A DNA stretch of 52,976 nt, the filler included, from Streblomastix strix (lineage: Eukaryota): assembly GCA_008636045.1 (NCBI GenBank). It is 2 parts of 2 records of this genome, joined end to end, with 100 filler letters (N's around TTAATTAATTAA, not from the genome) between each part and the next. Parts side by side here need not be neighbours in the genome. Positions count along the whole stretch, not along the records: positions 1 to 26,475 come from SNRW01000165.1; positions 26,576 to 52,976 come from SNRW01000166.1. One strand, 5' to 3'. How positions within the stretch are numbered: the stretch's first letter is position 1; every line of letters begins with the position of its first letter. Both the position numbers and the translations under genes were made by a program. Below are positions 26,148-38,229 of the stretch, one piece after another. Under the pieces are notes generated by a model. The model was not told the origin of the DNA. It did not search any database and worked only from the letters and a program-made list of their open reading frames with translations.

Positions 26148-26475
26148 ATGAGCACAGAAGAGTTAAATTCTGAAATTGGAAATATCTAGACAATTACACG
26201 AGGTAGTAGTGAATTCGTTAATGAGTTACGTAATGCGTAGGATCGTGTACAAAATTTACATATACACAAAGGTCGTAAAAGTAAAGCTGAAGAATTAGAA
26301 ATATTGAATCAAACAGTTATTGCATTTCGAAGAATATAAGAAAAATATTAGAATTCAACATAATAGATTACTAATAATCCATTGTAAACTTATATTGCAA
26401 GTTAACCTTAAACAATTACTTAAAATCCATTAGTATAATTATAATCAACATAATAACGAACAAAATAACCAACAT
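26148..26475 (+). CDS. Hypothetical viral protein, truncated by the gap
   Basis: ATG at 26148; open in code 6 (MSTEELNSEIGNIQTITRG...) up to the N run. Confidence 0.5.
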
Positions 26476-26575
26476 NNNNNNNNNNNNNNNNNNNNNNNNN
26501 NNNNNNNNNNNNNNNNNNNTTAATTAATTAANNNNNNNNNNNNNNNNNNNNNNNNNNNNNNNNNNNNNNNNNNNN
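26476..26575. other. Artificial 100-nt contig linker or gap
   Basis: N run + TTAATTAATTAA (26520-26531, standard-code stops in all six frames) + N run. Confidence 0.95.
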
Positions 26576-26576
26576 A

Positions 26577-26901
26577 GAGGAATTGTCTTTGAGTGGAATT
26601 GACAGTGCAAAACTAGATGATGATGCTTTGTTGACTTATGAATCAACTGCTTCAAATTTGATGTATGAAAATATTTTAAAATTAATTGATAAAGATTTGA
26701 AAGCAAAAATTATTGATTATTTTAATAAAAAATGAGAATTGATTATGTAAACAGATTATTTTGTATTATTAATTTATTTTTGTTTAAATATTTCAACAAA
26801 CTTAGGAAATAAGCAAAGAAATACACTGATGAAGAGGATAAAAAAGGGGATGACCCTAATACAATTTGATTAAAAGAATGGCTTAAAATGACATCTGAAA
26901 T
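26577..26901 (+). pseudogene. Two exons of a partial spliced host gene
   Basis: EELSLSGIDSAKLDDDALLTYESTASNLM, an intron gtatg...ttag, then KQAKKYTDEEDKKGDDPNTI with an in-frame TGA and a further gtgagt donor. Confidence 0.4.
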
Positions 26902-27089
26902 GTGAGTGTATTTTATTTTTATTAAAAAAAAGAAAAATATTCAATTTTATCACAACCACTTTATACACATCAATTAAAAATTTAAAAATGGCTAATTAAT
27001 AAATTATTATATTTTAATATAACTGCATTTCATTTGAAAGTAATTCAGAGACTACGTTTGACTCGAGCAAATATGGGCTCTGTTAGAGT

Positions 27090-27150
27090 CACGGAAATTC
27101 GATTTTCCGTGCCACACGGAAAATAAAATATTGATCCACACGGAAAATAA
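27090..27150. repeat. cacggaaa motif cluster, possibly a solo transposon end
   Basis: Inverted pair cacggaaattcgattttccgtg followed by two direct copies of ccacacggaaaataa. Confidence 0.5.
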
Positions 27151-27326
27151 TTTTAAATAAACAATTAATTAGAATATTCATTTTTATACATTATTGTAAT
27201 ATATATGTTGTATTTCATATTATTAACTTTAATTCAATAAATGAAACACTATAATCTTGCCTGAATTTCTATATTAAATAAAATTAACCTAATATTTATT
27301 ATAAATTAAAAAATTCATTCAATATA

Positions 27327-27533
27327 AGTAGTATATATAAGTGAAGTTCGCCTCAACCCAAAATACATTTGATTTATCTTAATAATCCCCATTAAAATAA
27401 GCTCGTTCATAAATAACGAATTCGGAATGCTTTCGCATCCTCATTCGTATTTATTCACTCCCTATTTTATTTGCGAGATTATAAAAAATCAAATGTATTA
27501 AAGTTAGTGCAAACTTCACTTATATATACTACT
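27327..27533. repeat. 207-bp imperfect palindrome with AGTAGT...ACTACT ends
   Basis: Perfect outer 22 bp (agtagtatatataagtgaagtt / aacttcacttatatatactact), inner paired blocks (aatacatttgattt / aaatcaaatgtatt) and apex atgc-tttc-gcat near 27430. Confidence 0.92.
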
Positions 27534-27635
27534 GCAACATTATAAAACTACACTTATAATATAAATTTAAAAAAATAAAAAATAAAAAGTTAGTGTTATT
27601 TATAAATATGAATCATTTTTTATCAACTATATAAA

Positions 27636-28040
27636 ATGACTTCAAACATTTCAAACGTTTAAACCGATGAACGACATTAGATAAAACGAAGTAAGGCAAG
27701 TATTGACTGTGAAAATAAGCTTAAGAAAACAATGGAAGATGAAAACTGTAAATTATTAACGTCTTTCAAAGGAGGCCGAAAACTAGTAGAATATGATTAC
27801 GATGGGATGCCCTATAAAGTTATGCCGACAAATTGGAATTAAGGAGCACGGCCACATAAAGCAAAATGCATACGATATACGCAAAGCTACGTTGAAAAAC
27901 TATTCGAAAAAGAAAATTGTAAATTATAAATCGAATACAAAAATATATTCACCATTTTAATATATTAATATAATAGCGAAATATATATAGTTAGATTAAA
28001 TGAATGGCTATATATTAAAGCTTGTCATCATCTTGGCCCA
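27636..28040 (+). CDS. Small protein with two tandem putative DNA-binding repeats (CapR/DUF723-like, lacking the Cys ligands); 3' end uncertain
   Basis: EDENCKLLTSFKGGRKLVEYDYDGMPYKVMPTNWNQGARPH and EKENCKLQIEYKNIFTILIYQYNSEIYIVRLNEWLYIKACHH are internal repeats. Confidence 0.5.
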
Positions 28041-28121
28041 GTATATATATAGACTATCCAGTTCCATCTAATGTTGGGGCGACTTATGAACAATAATAGC
28101 CTATCGAATGATTGTTCAAGT

Positions 28122-28697
28122 TCAAATGTATAATTCATATTCTTGCATTTATCGAACAGGTTATTATTATACATCAGGTTCTTCCTCTCAGATTTTTTCT
28201 CTCTCTTCTACTTATTTCTTTGGCTATTTATAACCCTTTACTTTTTGCTTATATTTCTCTATTTGTTTTATTGCGTCTTATTGTTATTATTTTATAAATG
28301 AGTTTTCCGTTCTCAATCGAATCAGTTCTTCCAAATCGAGCTAAGGATTAGTATAATTAATTTATGGCTACTTTGAACTTTTAACAACTCGCTTTCTTGC
28401 AATTTTTTTCAATGGCTTTTCTCTTGCTTCGCTTTAGCTTTAGCTTTGCGAGCCTTCAGTTTCATTTTCATACTCTGCGGCCTCCTCATATTCTTCAATA
28501 GATTTTTATATCTTCTTTTTCTCAATGCCTCCGTTCCTCACTTTCAGAAGCATTTTATTTTATTGTGCGGGATTCAATGCACGCTCTGATTTTTTCCCAT
28601 TCTCATAAACTTTAATTTTGTCTTTAACTTACATAATATATCCATTGTCAAAGTATTCGATTTATGTTCCATTCTCAATCAAATTTTTTTAATGCAT
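28122..28697 (-). pseudogene. Hypothetical charged coiled-coil viral protein
   Basis: Code-6 frame IENGTQIEYFDNGYIM...LDLEELIRLRTENSFIKQQQQDAIKQIEKYKQK with one late TGA. Confidence 0.5.
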
Positions 28698-28789
28698 ATG
28701 CCTAATCCATTTTAATATTTTAAAAATTATAAAATGATAAAAGGAATAGAAAAAAATTAATTGTGCATGTCAAAAACAAAAAAAAATAT

Positions 28790-29432
28790 ATGTCTCAAAT
28801 TAAACAAAAAGAACTATAAGACCAAGATAAAATAAAACTATAAATATTCGATGAAGCAATTAGCCGAATTATAATGCCCACAGACGAATCAACAACTGAA
28901 AGTTCTTTTATGTAGGCCCAAGAACTTGAAGAATCAGCAAGAAATCATAAAAATATAACATAAATAAATATAAAGAAGTGGAATGCACAACGGCATAAGT
29001 TGAACCCGAAGAGGCTATATAAAAACTTGCAGAAAAAAACTCCTAAATTAATGTTTGTCTCATCCAAATCTTGAAGTAATGAAATTCATTATTGATAAAA
29101 TTTGGGCTATCATTACCACCAGAAAATGAGGAGACGATTTTATTTTCTCCTCTGATAATTTTATAAAACTGTGGGCATTAATAACATAAAATGCTGAGGA
29201 TGATATTGAAATTGTATTAGAGGAGCCACTAATGCGGGCTCATTCGTGCATGGGTAAAACAAATAAAAAGAAAGGTTTGATACGTGTTATGGATGTGTTA
29301 ATTAAGAACGTAAGCGTATCCGTTATTAATAATGTTTTATAGAACAGTATCGAAAAATTATACAGGATAAATAAGGATTTCGTTAGTTTGTCAGATGCCC
29401 CCACCTCTGAAATTACAAAAGACGATTTTTGA
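28790..29432 (+). pseudogene. Frameshifted homolog of ORF 15874-16467
   Basis: DDIEIVLEEPLMRAHSCMGKTNKKKGLIRVMDVLIKNVSVSVINNVLQNSIEKLYRI; same position upstream of a fibre gene. Confidence 0.4.
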
Positions 29433-29467
29433 ATTTATCATCGGATATCTTTTTTATTTTTATATAA

Positions 29468-30516
29468 ATGGACTCATAAATTTTAAGCGATTTATAAAAT
29501 CTTGATGAGGATGATTTAGCTAATGAACAATAATAGTTCCAAATATTGAAATTAAAATAAGACGAGAAAATGAAATAAATAAAGTAAAAAAAATCAATTA
29601 ATGACAATCATTGATAATCAAACTCTAAAGTGGTTCGCTTACTTGTCCCAATTTTTTAAAAAATGCTATTGGGTTCGTTAATCTAAAAACCAATCAACCA
29701 ATTGACGGAATCTAAACCTTTCTATCACCTATTTACGTGGATAAAATTATAAAATAAGGTGGAACAAATAATTGAATTCTACTCGATAATGGAGATACAA
29801 CTGACGTAGGTGATTTTTACCTAAACAGTATCCGCATGCGATGGGGTAATTGATTATTGACCCCTTTGATAACTTATTAGATTAAGGGATTTGAATAATG
29901 AAAAATAAAGCAAATTTGGATAGTTTCGTATTCACAGGCTGCAACACTGACCCCTCAGATAGAGATGGTGTATGGAAAGTTGGATCAACTTCATCATAAT
30001 TTAGGATATAAAAATAATAAGATTAAGCATATGATTATAAGGGTTTGATTATTGATTTCGATTGTACAACACTTAAATTTAACAATTAAATTGTATCACC
30101 TCTCCCTGTTCCTCCTATTGAAAATGCAATATATTAATCTGTTGCCTATGGAATGTATGAATAATTAATTTGGGGTACTGTAAAATCATAAAAATACCGT
30201 GTATATATTTCTCTGTAAATAACTCACCATAATCCTGACACCATATATCGATAGGGATATACTTTATTCGCAATCTTTAATAATGATATAAAACCAAAAT
30301 TTACATGCACACCTCATAATATACCCCTTAATGCTGTTATGTTTGCGTAAAAAGTATTTGGTTATCCTATATGCTGGAATGGTGCAATTCCCATCGATTG
30401 TTTTATTCATCCTAATGGAAATATAATAATAAATACAATATGTTAGCTTAATTTACCTGAAGATTTTTTGTGTATTGGTTTGCGATTCATATGCTGTTTA
30501 TAATTAATCAACTTGA
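29468..30516 (+). pseudogene. Second fibre-like protein, decayed
   Basis: FVNLKTNQPIDGIQTF...IIKQGGTNN*ILLDNG matches the T-Q-I-G-K-T-F...LLxGG unit of 16495-19096 and is followed by a beta-rich head. Frameshifts and TGAs are present. Confidence 0.55.
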
Positions 30517-30868
30517 AATTTTTAAAAATATATAAATGGAAGGTTTTAATGAGACAGTTATTTATGCCCTTGATTAATTAAATATAAATTAGCATGCTAT
30601 ATTTAAAACTATTTGGGAAGCGGCAATAAAATACGCTTGCGAATCTAAAGTTTGCCATTGAAAATAATTAAGTTTTATTATTATATAAATGATTTGGGGG
30701 AAATTATCCAGCATATCATTAATGATTATCGCTTGTAATAATTTGCTTGGATGTATATTAATGATAGCATAAATAAAAATAGATAGTGAAGAAATTAGTG
30801 AAGATGTTCGAAATTCGATATATGGCTGAATCCATTAATGGTATCATCCGTGAAAAATAATTATTTTT

Positions 30869-31300
30869 TCAACCACTATGGACAACTGAACCTCCAAGCT
30901 CTCCAATCACTTCTAAGCTTAGCACTTATGGGTCAGGTGCATCGTCAAATATAATACGAACGATAGCATCGCATAAGTAATGCATTAGTGGGGGTAAATT
31001 AACCTAAAGTGGATTTGGATAACTGCGTATTATACTAAATTAAGTAAAATCATTTTAGTTTTTTTTTTATCTTCTGTAAGAATTGTGTCAATAATTCTTT
31101 ATTACATATTTCCGTGTAAAATAATCTATATATTTGTTCTTGCACCTATTTTTGATGAATTATATCCTCTAATAAATGAATCATCTGTAGCTAATTTTCA
31201 TGCAAGCATAAATTTATTGGGGTACATTGTTTTATTCGCTTTTGAGCCATTATATAATGTAGTAGCTTAAAATAAATTATCAGTATTTTGCCCTACGATC
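30869..31300 (-). pseudogene. C-terminal fragment of a second, divergent major capsid-like protein
   Basis: YPNKFMLA*KLATDDSFIRGYNSSKIGARTNIQIILHG...LPPLMHYLCDAIVRIIFDD...EVIGELGGSVVHSG* parallels the strand pattern of the element-1 MCP end. One frameshift. Confidence 0.5.
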
Positions 31301-31311
31301 CCTAGCGGAAG

Positions 31312-32698
31312 TCAACACATTCAAGTTAATAGTATCAGTAACAATCCAATTAATTTAACATATTATTTGAACAACGATTATATAAAAATATAGCATAATA
31401 TAGTATCTACTGATTCAAGAAAAATCTATTTCTAATATTAAATTGAAGAGGATTAGTTTCATTGAAAATTGTTAGATAACTCACATCCAATACGTATTAG
31501 TTTTAATACAGCAAATAATAATACTTACACCAGTGATCAAACAATATGAAGATATAAATATTCACCATAATTATTATTCTTTACACTGATAAAATATGAT
31601 ATCTTTTCTGATACAACAGAGAAATATTTTAGGACTTAATCAACTTTGAATAGTGGAGCAATATGCTTTAATAATTCAATTAACGAGCATGTATAAAAAT
31701 TATAGAATAATTAGTACTCATTAAATTAGAATTATGGATTATATTTTGTAAATTCAGCAATCAATTACATTAACCTTTGAATTGATGCATTACTACATAA
31801 CTACTGGATCTTAGATATTACAGTTAATGAGTTTTATCGAATGATTGGTTTTATACGATTATATTGTTTAACATCAAATAACTACATAATATCAATAGAA
31901 CCCAAACATTTTAGATAAGATAATGGATTATTAATAAAATACCTATTCGGTAAGTAAGTTGATTTAAATGCTAATGGAACAGTTACTACATCTGAATCAT
32001 AAACAATTAATGTATAACAACTAACAATGTAATAAATCATCAATAATATTAATAAATTTCCAGTTAGAATCATTAATTCATTACCTGCTCTATCAATTCG
32101 AGAATGGTAAAATATTTATACAGCTGTTGGAAGAACTAATTATTATGGATATTTTATACCATAAGTTGTAACTGATTATTGTTAATAAAATAATATATAT
32201 TGGTTTGCTAATTGAATATTATCATCTTCAAATCTATAGGTACAATTAGTTGATGGATAAGGTCTATATGATGGATAGAACGAAAATAGAGCCAATTAAT
32301 TAGTTAATTTACTATCATCTATTAAATAATTTAATCTCAAAGTATGGTTCTATTAAACTAAACATGATAATTAAAATTTAGAAGTAATTTTTCCAATATT
32401 CTGTCCATATATAGGGAATTTTCTAGAGTATCCATAAATGTTGATAATTTGTGTATCTAATTAATTATAAGGAATAACTCTTTAATCAATAGGAGGTAAT
32501 GGATTCTCAAATGTATGCTTTAAATAGAATTTGGTTGATGCACCAGTATTATGGGGATAGAATATGATGAGTCAGTAAAGTCTTGTAGGATAGAATAAAT
32601 CATTAATGTTTACGTTATATGATAACTTTGGAAGAAAGATACCAATGCAATATATTGATATGTATAATAATTTATTTCTAGAGATACAATTTTAATGA
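31312..32698 (+). pseudogene. Penton / minor-capsid-like protein, 5'-truncated and decayed
   Basis: Long beta-rich code-6 frame ending in SLMFTLYDNFGRKIPMQYIDMYNNLFLEIQFQ*, similar to the penton C-terminal hxLxDxxGRxh...hxLEh pattern. Confidence 0.55.
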
Positions 32699-32819
32699 TC
32701 TGTCAAAATTAATTACTTTTATTTTAAACTAACTTTCTTACATAAAGAAAGCGTAGCTAATTAAACTGCATAAAATCAACAACAAAAACATTAACCATTC
32801 AGTGAAAGTAAAATAACTT

Positions 32820-33650
32820 TAAGATTAACTCAATGAATATTTAGACAAAATTAATTATTAGAAACGAGGAAGAAATAAAAACAATGAATTGAAGGTACAT
32901 CCAAAATAAATTCATTACTACAATCAGTTAATAATCAAAGCTAGCATCTCTGAGGTTGCCAAATGTAAAGATATAGTTAGCCATTTCATATGGAATCAAT
33001 AAGATTAAGATTTATAAAAGTATCGTAGAGAATAATTGTAATATTAAGCGGATACATACAATGATTATATATTAGAATTAAATCGATAATTAAATAAAGA
33101 TTTAACTCATTATCATATAAATTATATTGAATAAGATTTATTTGAATATCGAAGAAAATTAAACAAATAAGAAGCTAATGAATTCTTGGAAAATTATATT
33201 TAATAAGGATAAAAATTAGCATAAAGAATAATAAATGAAGAATATAAAGAAAATACATAATTTTTTATAACTAAGCAACAAAATAAAGAGATTCAAGATG
33301 AAATTAACAAAAAAATTTATAAAAAGTTAGAGAATTAGCTAATAATGTTTTTGCATCATTATATTTTTTTCCTGAAGATTTTGATTGATTTAATGCAACA
33401 GTAGATAAGAAAAGATAAAGTTTTGATCATAAACATAGAATTATTAAGGCAAAATATTATTGATAACTTTGTGAATTATATTATAATAGTGATATTGATT
33501 CATTGGATGATATTGATTTGTTTATTAATGAAGTTTATTATGCTTAATTTCATAATGCATTCAAGATATAATTCAATATTGAAATCATTTACGAAAAATA
33601 TAAATATGATTAGAACGATAAAATTTTAGTTGAATAAATTCTGTTAATCA
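32820..33650 (+). pseudogene. Truncated ORF, possibly the N-terminal region of a Polinton protein-primed PolB
   Basis: DIDSLDDIDLFINEVYYAQFHNAFKIQFNIEIIYEKY resembles the N-terminal segment of Polinton polymerases from memory. No catalytic motifs are present. Confidence 0.3.
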
Positions 33651-33918
33651 AGTTGGATCATTTTTTTTATTGTTTTTTTGTAATGTATAGTAGTTTAATG
33701 TAATATTTAAATAATTAATATAATAATTCAATATTTAATAAATTAAAAATAATTAATGTTGCATTATTATTCAACCTTATTCAAGTTTATGTTGCAATTT
33801 ATTGAAAATCCCATTTGCGAAAGTTGAATAAAAGCTTTTCAATTCCGTGTAATTTGTTCTTTTCGAACATATGAAATTTTTATTATTAATATTATAATAT
33901 TTACGTCAGAATTCCACA

Positions 33919-34700
33919 ATGAATCAAGGAATTATTACACCTCTAGCTAAGAAACGTCAGATTATAAGAAATTTCTTTAAAACCAAGAATTTGCGAGAAA
34001 TCGCAAGATAAACTGAATTGGCTTATAGTACTGTGAAAAGAATCATTCATAACAAAGCAGCTGGAAGAAAAGCCAAGAAAAGCGGTAAATTTTCAAAGTT
34101 TAACGACAGAAGTTTAAGATATTTAAAACAGATTATTGGGAGACATCATAAAATCGGAGAAAGATAACTCGTCGAGCTATCTCTGGTTAAGGCTCATTAT
34201 TACATAGTTGCTAGAGTTCTATAAGTTGCAAATATGATGAAAGTTGCAAGAAGATGTAGACTCAGACTCGCAGTTAAATATATAGAATAAAGGAAAAATT
34301 AATTGAGGATTAAGTCATATATTAGGATGAAATTTAAGAATAAAACAAAACCGCATTATATTAAGAAACAGATGATTTGAAATCGTAGGTTTAAGCTCCG
34401 CTAAGCTTTGCTAAGATCAAACCAATTGATATATTTTAGTTGTTGAATTTATTTTGGAAGAAAACAAGATTGCACACGCTTTCGTAATAGCTAATAAATA
34501 AGTATAAACTGGATTGAAATTTTGTCCTAATTATTAATCGAAAGCATTAAATCCTAAAGATAAAAATTACTCAAGTGACTAAGAGAAACATATCATTAAT
34601 ATGAGAATATCAAATTAAAATGAATTTGAAGGTGCTATTATGGAATAAAACGTATTCTAAGAACTTTAATTAGATGAAATTCAATCACAATAATATAATC
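33919..34700 (+). pseudogene. Decayed Tc1/mariner-like transposase
   Basis: HTH region NLREIARQTELAYSTVKRII...KKSGKFSKFNDRSLRYLKQII. Later FILEENKIAHA...PNYQSKALNPKDKNYS resembles FQQDNAPxH...SPDLNPIENLW. The middle appears deleted. Confidence 0.6.
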
Positions 34701-35129
34701 TTTAATATTACTGGACTGAAACTCCAACTCTGATTAATATAAATATTTCATTAAATGAAAGTAATATTGAAGATCAAAAATAATTCACAATTAAAGGACG
34801 AGGTCTGGTTTAAGATAAATTATGATCTATGACTGTTGAATTTGGACCAAAAACATAATTTAATAAGGAAATATTAATATAGTAAGATAGTAAAAAAGAT
34901 ATAATATATCTTTCAGATAAAACAAGCAATCAAATCTATGTTGAACCAAATCTTCAAGGTGAATAAACTGCAACATTTGGAATAAAAAATTATTACGGGT
35001 TTGTTTGTAAAACCAACTAAAGCTGATTATGTAGCAAACCAACAGGCTCGTACAAACGAGCCTCGTTGTATTGAGTGTCGTGAGTTAATAGATTCAGTCA
35101 AAAAGCTATAATTAACTTCAAACTTTGAA

Positions 35130-36300
35130 TAGCCGGACATAACCTTCGAAACACATTCCTTCATACAAACAACGAGAATTTGAATGAATTAGCTCCAGAA
35201 GTCGAGGAGCAACCAGAAATACGAACTTTACCTTTTGACCATTACGTCGAAAAAGTCAATGCCTTACATGATCCTGATACTGATTATATCTATGAATTTG
35301 ATACAGCCTGGATCGACTATCCTTCGCAAGATAACGACTACTTATAAGAATCTGAGGAAGCTGACGTTTATGATTATGAAATTTTGCCAGACTAACCTGA
35401 CAACACAGATGATGAATTGTCCCTTGAATAATTTTCTTACAATCGCGAACATATTATTCAACGAATACGGTTAAACTGTGAAGATTAATAAAAATCTGAT
35501 GGTAACTTTTAATAGCAAGATGAATAAATGACATAAATCGTCAATAAACTAGCCCCTCCAGTCAAATACCTATAAAACAAAATAAACTCACGGAATTACG
35601 TCTCATTTAGAGCAAAACACGTGTCATGCATAAGGATTATAATCCATTACAGCAATCAATTGATGAAAACAGAATGACGTTTCTCGGAGATAAATCCAAA
35701 AGAGATTTGACCGCACTGGTGATTGTTAATCCACCTCCTATAGTTGATGGGGAGATATTTCCTTCAAATGGTGAGTTAGTTCGAAATCTAACAGCAGCAC
35801 AATGAACAATAACTAATTTTCTTATCGATTTTTGCGAATATAGAAAGGCTCTTGCAATAAAACAATTTATGATTCCTTTTAATTAGTTGCTGGTGCTACA
35901 GGACCAGCTTAATGAAATCGAAGAAGAGGACTTTCATTAAAGAAAAATAGACTTTCGCGAAGCCGTACTCCTGTTTCAGCAGCACTTCGTACTCGAGATA
36001 AGATGTCTCTGAGAGTATCCAAATCAATTGGATCTGACTTTGATGCACATCGTGGTTACAATTCCAGATACTTTCCAAAGAGCAATTGACACTGTTGAGA
36101 CAACTTCAATTATAAGCACAAATTATTGGAATCATTTAATAAAAAACAAGAGTCCGTTTCTCAATCCAGCGTTAATTGGTCATCTCTCATATCTAGTTAA
36201 GAAGATCAATAAACATAAACCAATAATAATATAATTTTTAAATATAGATCAATATTAATTCATTTGAAATAAATAAAATTTTCGCAAAACTTCCTCAATG
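35130..36300 (+). pseudogene. DIRS gag-like ORF
   Basis: Acidic then helical ORF remnants between the left ITR and the RT. Assigned by position only. Confidence 0.45.
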
Positions 36301-36399
36301 AACTCAAATTAATGTCTTTGACTCGATAACAGGAAGTTTTCTATTTCTTAGAAAATCTTGGTAAGATCTTGGAGCTCTGCACGTCCTAAACGCTATTGC

Positions 36400-37790
36400 T
36401 TAAGCTCTTTGCATAAGAAAATCTTCACTACACAAACTACAAAATCTTCGAAGGTATTAAGAATTTAGAAGAAATACAATGGAGTAAAAGATATATTTAG
36501 GAGCATTACAGGAAAAGCTAAATTTGTGAATAGTGAAGGAAGTTCCTAAGGATAAAATAAAGTTCTTTAATAGAACTTTCATAATTGAATGAAAAGACAA
36601 ATGATTCAGAAAGATCTTAGACTATTGAACAATAAACCTCTTTCTAAAAGACATATCGTACCAGTACGAAAGTCATAGCACAATAAATAGTTTGGCATAA
36701 GAAAACGATTACGCAGTAACATTAGATATCCATAACGCGTACTACCACATTCCAGTTTCAGAGGAGTTACGGCCATATCAGGGATTCACTTTTAGGAAGA
36801 TAGCTTATCTTTATATGGGCATGTCATTTGGCCTGAAGTCAGCACCACTAATCTTCCATCAAAACCTACTCCCTGTAATTAATAGGATTAGAGCTTCAGG
36901 AATTTGAGCAATAGTAAACATAAACGATATAATCCTACTAGATTAAAACCATATGAAACTGGAAGCAACAGTATTAAAGGTAATTTCATTCCTCGAAAAT
37001 CTTGGATTGCACATCTGTAATAAATCAGTTCTGACTCCTTCATAACAAGTTAAATATCTCGGTTGAGATTGGAACTTCAGAAAATTAAATATGCAACTCC
37101 CAGAAGACACTCGAAAGAAGTTAATCTCCAAGATCCTAAGATTTAGAAGCAAGTCAAGAAGAAGATAAGTAATACGAATCAGGTTCTTATCTTGATTAGA
37201 AGGAAACTTTAACTACTTGAGTTCACAATACCTTTGAGCATCTCTTCATCTTAAACTCCAGTACAACACTCTGTAATAAGGACTTCATTAACAAGGTTGG
37301 AAAGGAATTCTGATACAATAACCAAAGCTACAAAGAGACTGTGTTTGATGGAATAATTCAATGAAACAGAGTAACACATGATCATTCAGAATCATCGCTC
37401 CACAAGCAACCTTAATTACTGATGTCAGTAGTAGAGGCAGCGGTGCAACTCTCATAATTCACAGGTAATTTACAAGGATCTACTGTCCAGGAAGATGGAC
37501 TAAGAAGTGGAGACTTAGAACTAACAATCAACGAGAGTTGGCTGCAGTACTATGCGGGTTGACAATGTTTTTTAAATAATTTACGAAAAGAAAAGATCAA
37601 CGGCTTATATATACTAACAGATAACACAACTTCATCATACAACCTCAATAAACAAAATTTTTCAATATAGCTGACTCATATCTTAGAGAGTACTCTAATC
37701 ATATCTGAGAATCTGGGAATCAAAATTAAGGCAACGAACTTGTAAGGAAAGTATTATCAGGAAGCCGATGCTGTCTCAATATAAAACAGA
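36400..37790 (+). pseudogene. DIRS reverse transcriptase and RNase H
   Basis: FRKILDY*TIN, AVTLDIHNAYYHIPV, MSFGLKSAPLIF, AIVNINDIILL (decayed YIDD), KYLG*DWN; RNase H ITDVSSRGSGA, NNQRELAAV, TDNTT, ADAVS. Confidence 0.9.
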
Positions 37791-37817
37791 GCAGGGGATT
37801 AAAGCTTCAGATAAGAA

Positions 37818-38120
37818 GTGCATCTGGGAATCACGTCTCAGATAAGAATATCTCCAACAATAGATCTTTTTGCGAACAGCAGAACAGCTCTTACTCGAAG
37901 ATATTGCACGATTACTTTCGATCGTAATGCAATTGCAAGAGATACATTCACAATTCCTTGGAAAGGAGAAACTCCAATCATTCATCCTCCATTTCCTTTC
38001 ATTGGATGATGATTCCAACGCGTAAATTAAGAAACGATCGACGTATTTATGATGGTTCCCTGATGTACAGCTCAGTTTTGGTGGCCAACTGCTGATGAAA
38101 CCTTGTAATAAAAATGTCTC
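37818..38120 (+). pseudogene. DIRS-associated N6-adenine methyltransferase-like domain
   Basis: PTIDLFAN...ARDTFTIPWKGETPIIHPPFP...P*CTAQFWWP. Confidence 0.75.
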
Positions 38121-38229
38121 TACTAGGGATATCAAAGCAGATATTGATTAATGGGCCTAAAACAAAGGGAAAATGATAGCATTTACCTCCAGTAGAGTTT
38201 GTAGCAGTCTGGATTAAGTAAAACTCAAT

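Larger units (their letters stand above)
8521..26475. mobile_element. Endogenous Polinton-like virus (element 1), partly decayed; right part truncated by the gap, left boundary approximate
   Basis: Dense, intronless code-6 ORFs including a Prim-Pol/SF3 helicase, Fic, fibre proteins, a probable MCP, KilA-N and an A32-like packaging ATPase. No pPolB, integrase or protease was seen in the available part. Confidence 0.85.
27327..33650. mobile_element. Rearranged remnant of a second Polinton/Maverick-like endogenous virus (element 2; may be more than one element)
   Basis: Starts at an AGTAGT terminus-like motif. Intronless, decayed code-6 ORFs include a fibre gene, an MCP-like C-terminus, a penton-like gene and a homolog of ORF 15874-16467. 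Confidence 0.6.

Noticed and set aside
26476..26575. TTAATTAATTAA palindrome as a biological site, and continuity of one virus across it
   Set aside because: It is an N-padded six-frame-stop linker. The two sides should not be assumed adjacent, and host-like exons follow it.
8521..33650. Integrase, maturation protease or catalytic pPolB of the viral elements
   Set aside because: No rve DDE, adenain-like or PolB catalytic motifs were found by eye. The only tyrosine recombinase lies inside the DIRS ITRs.
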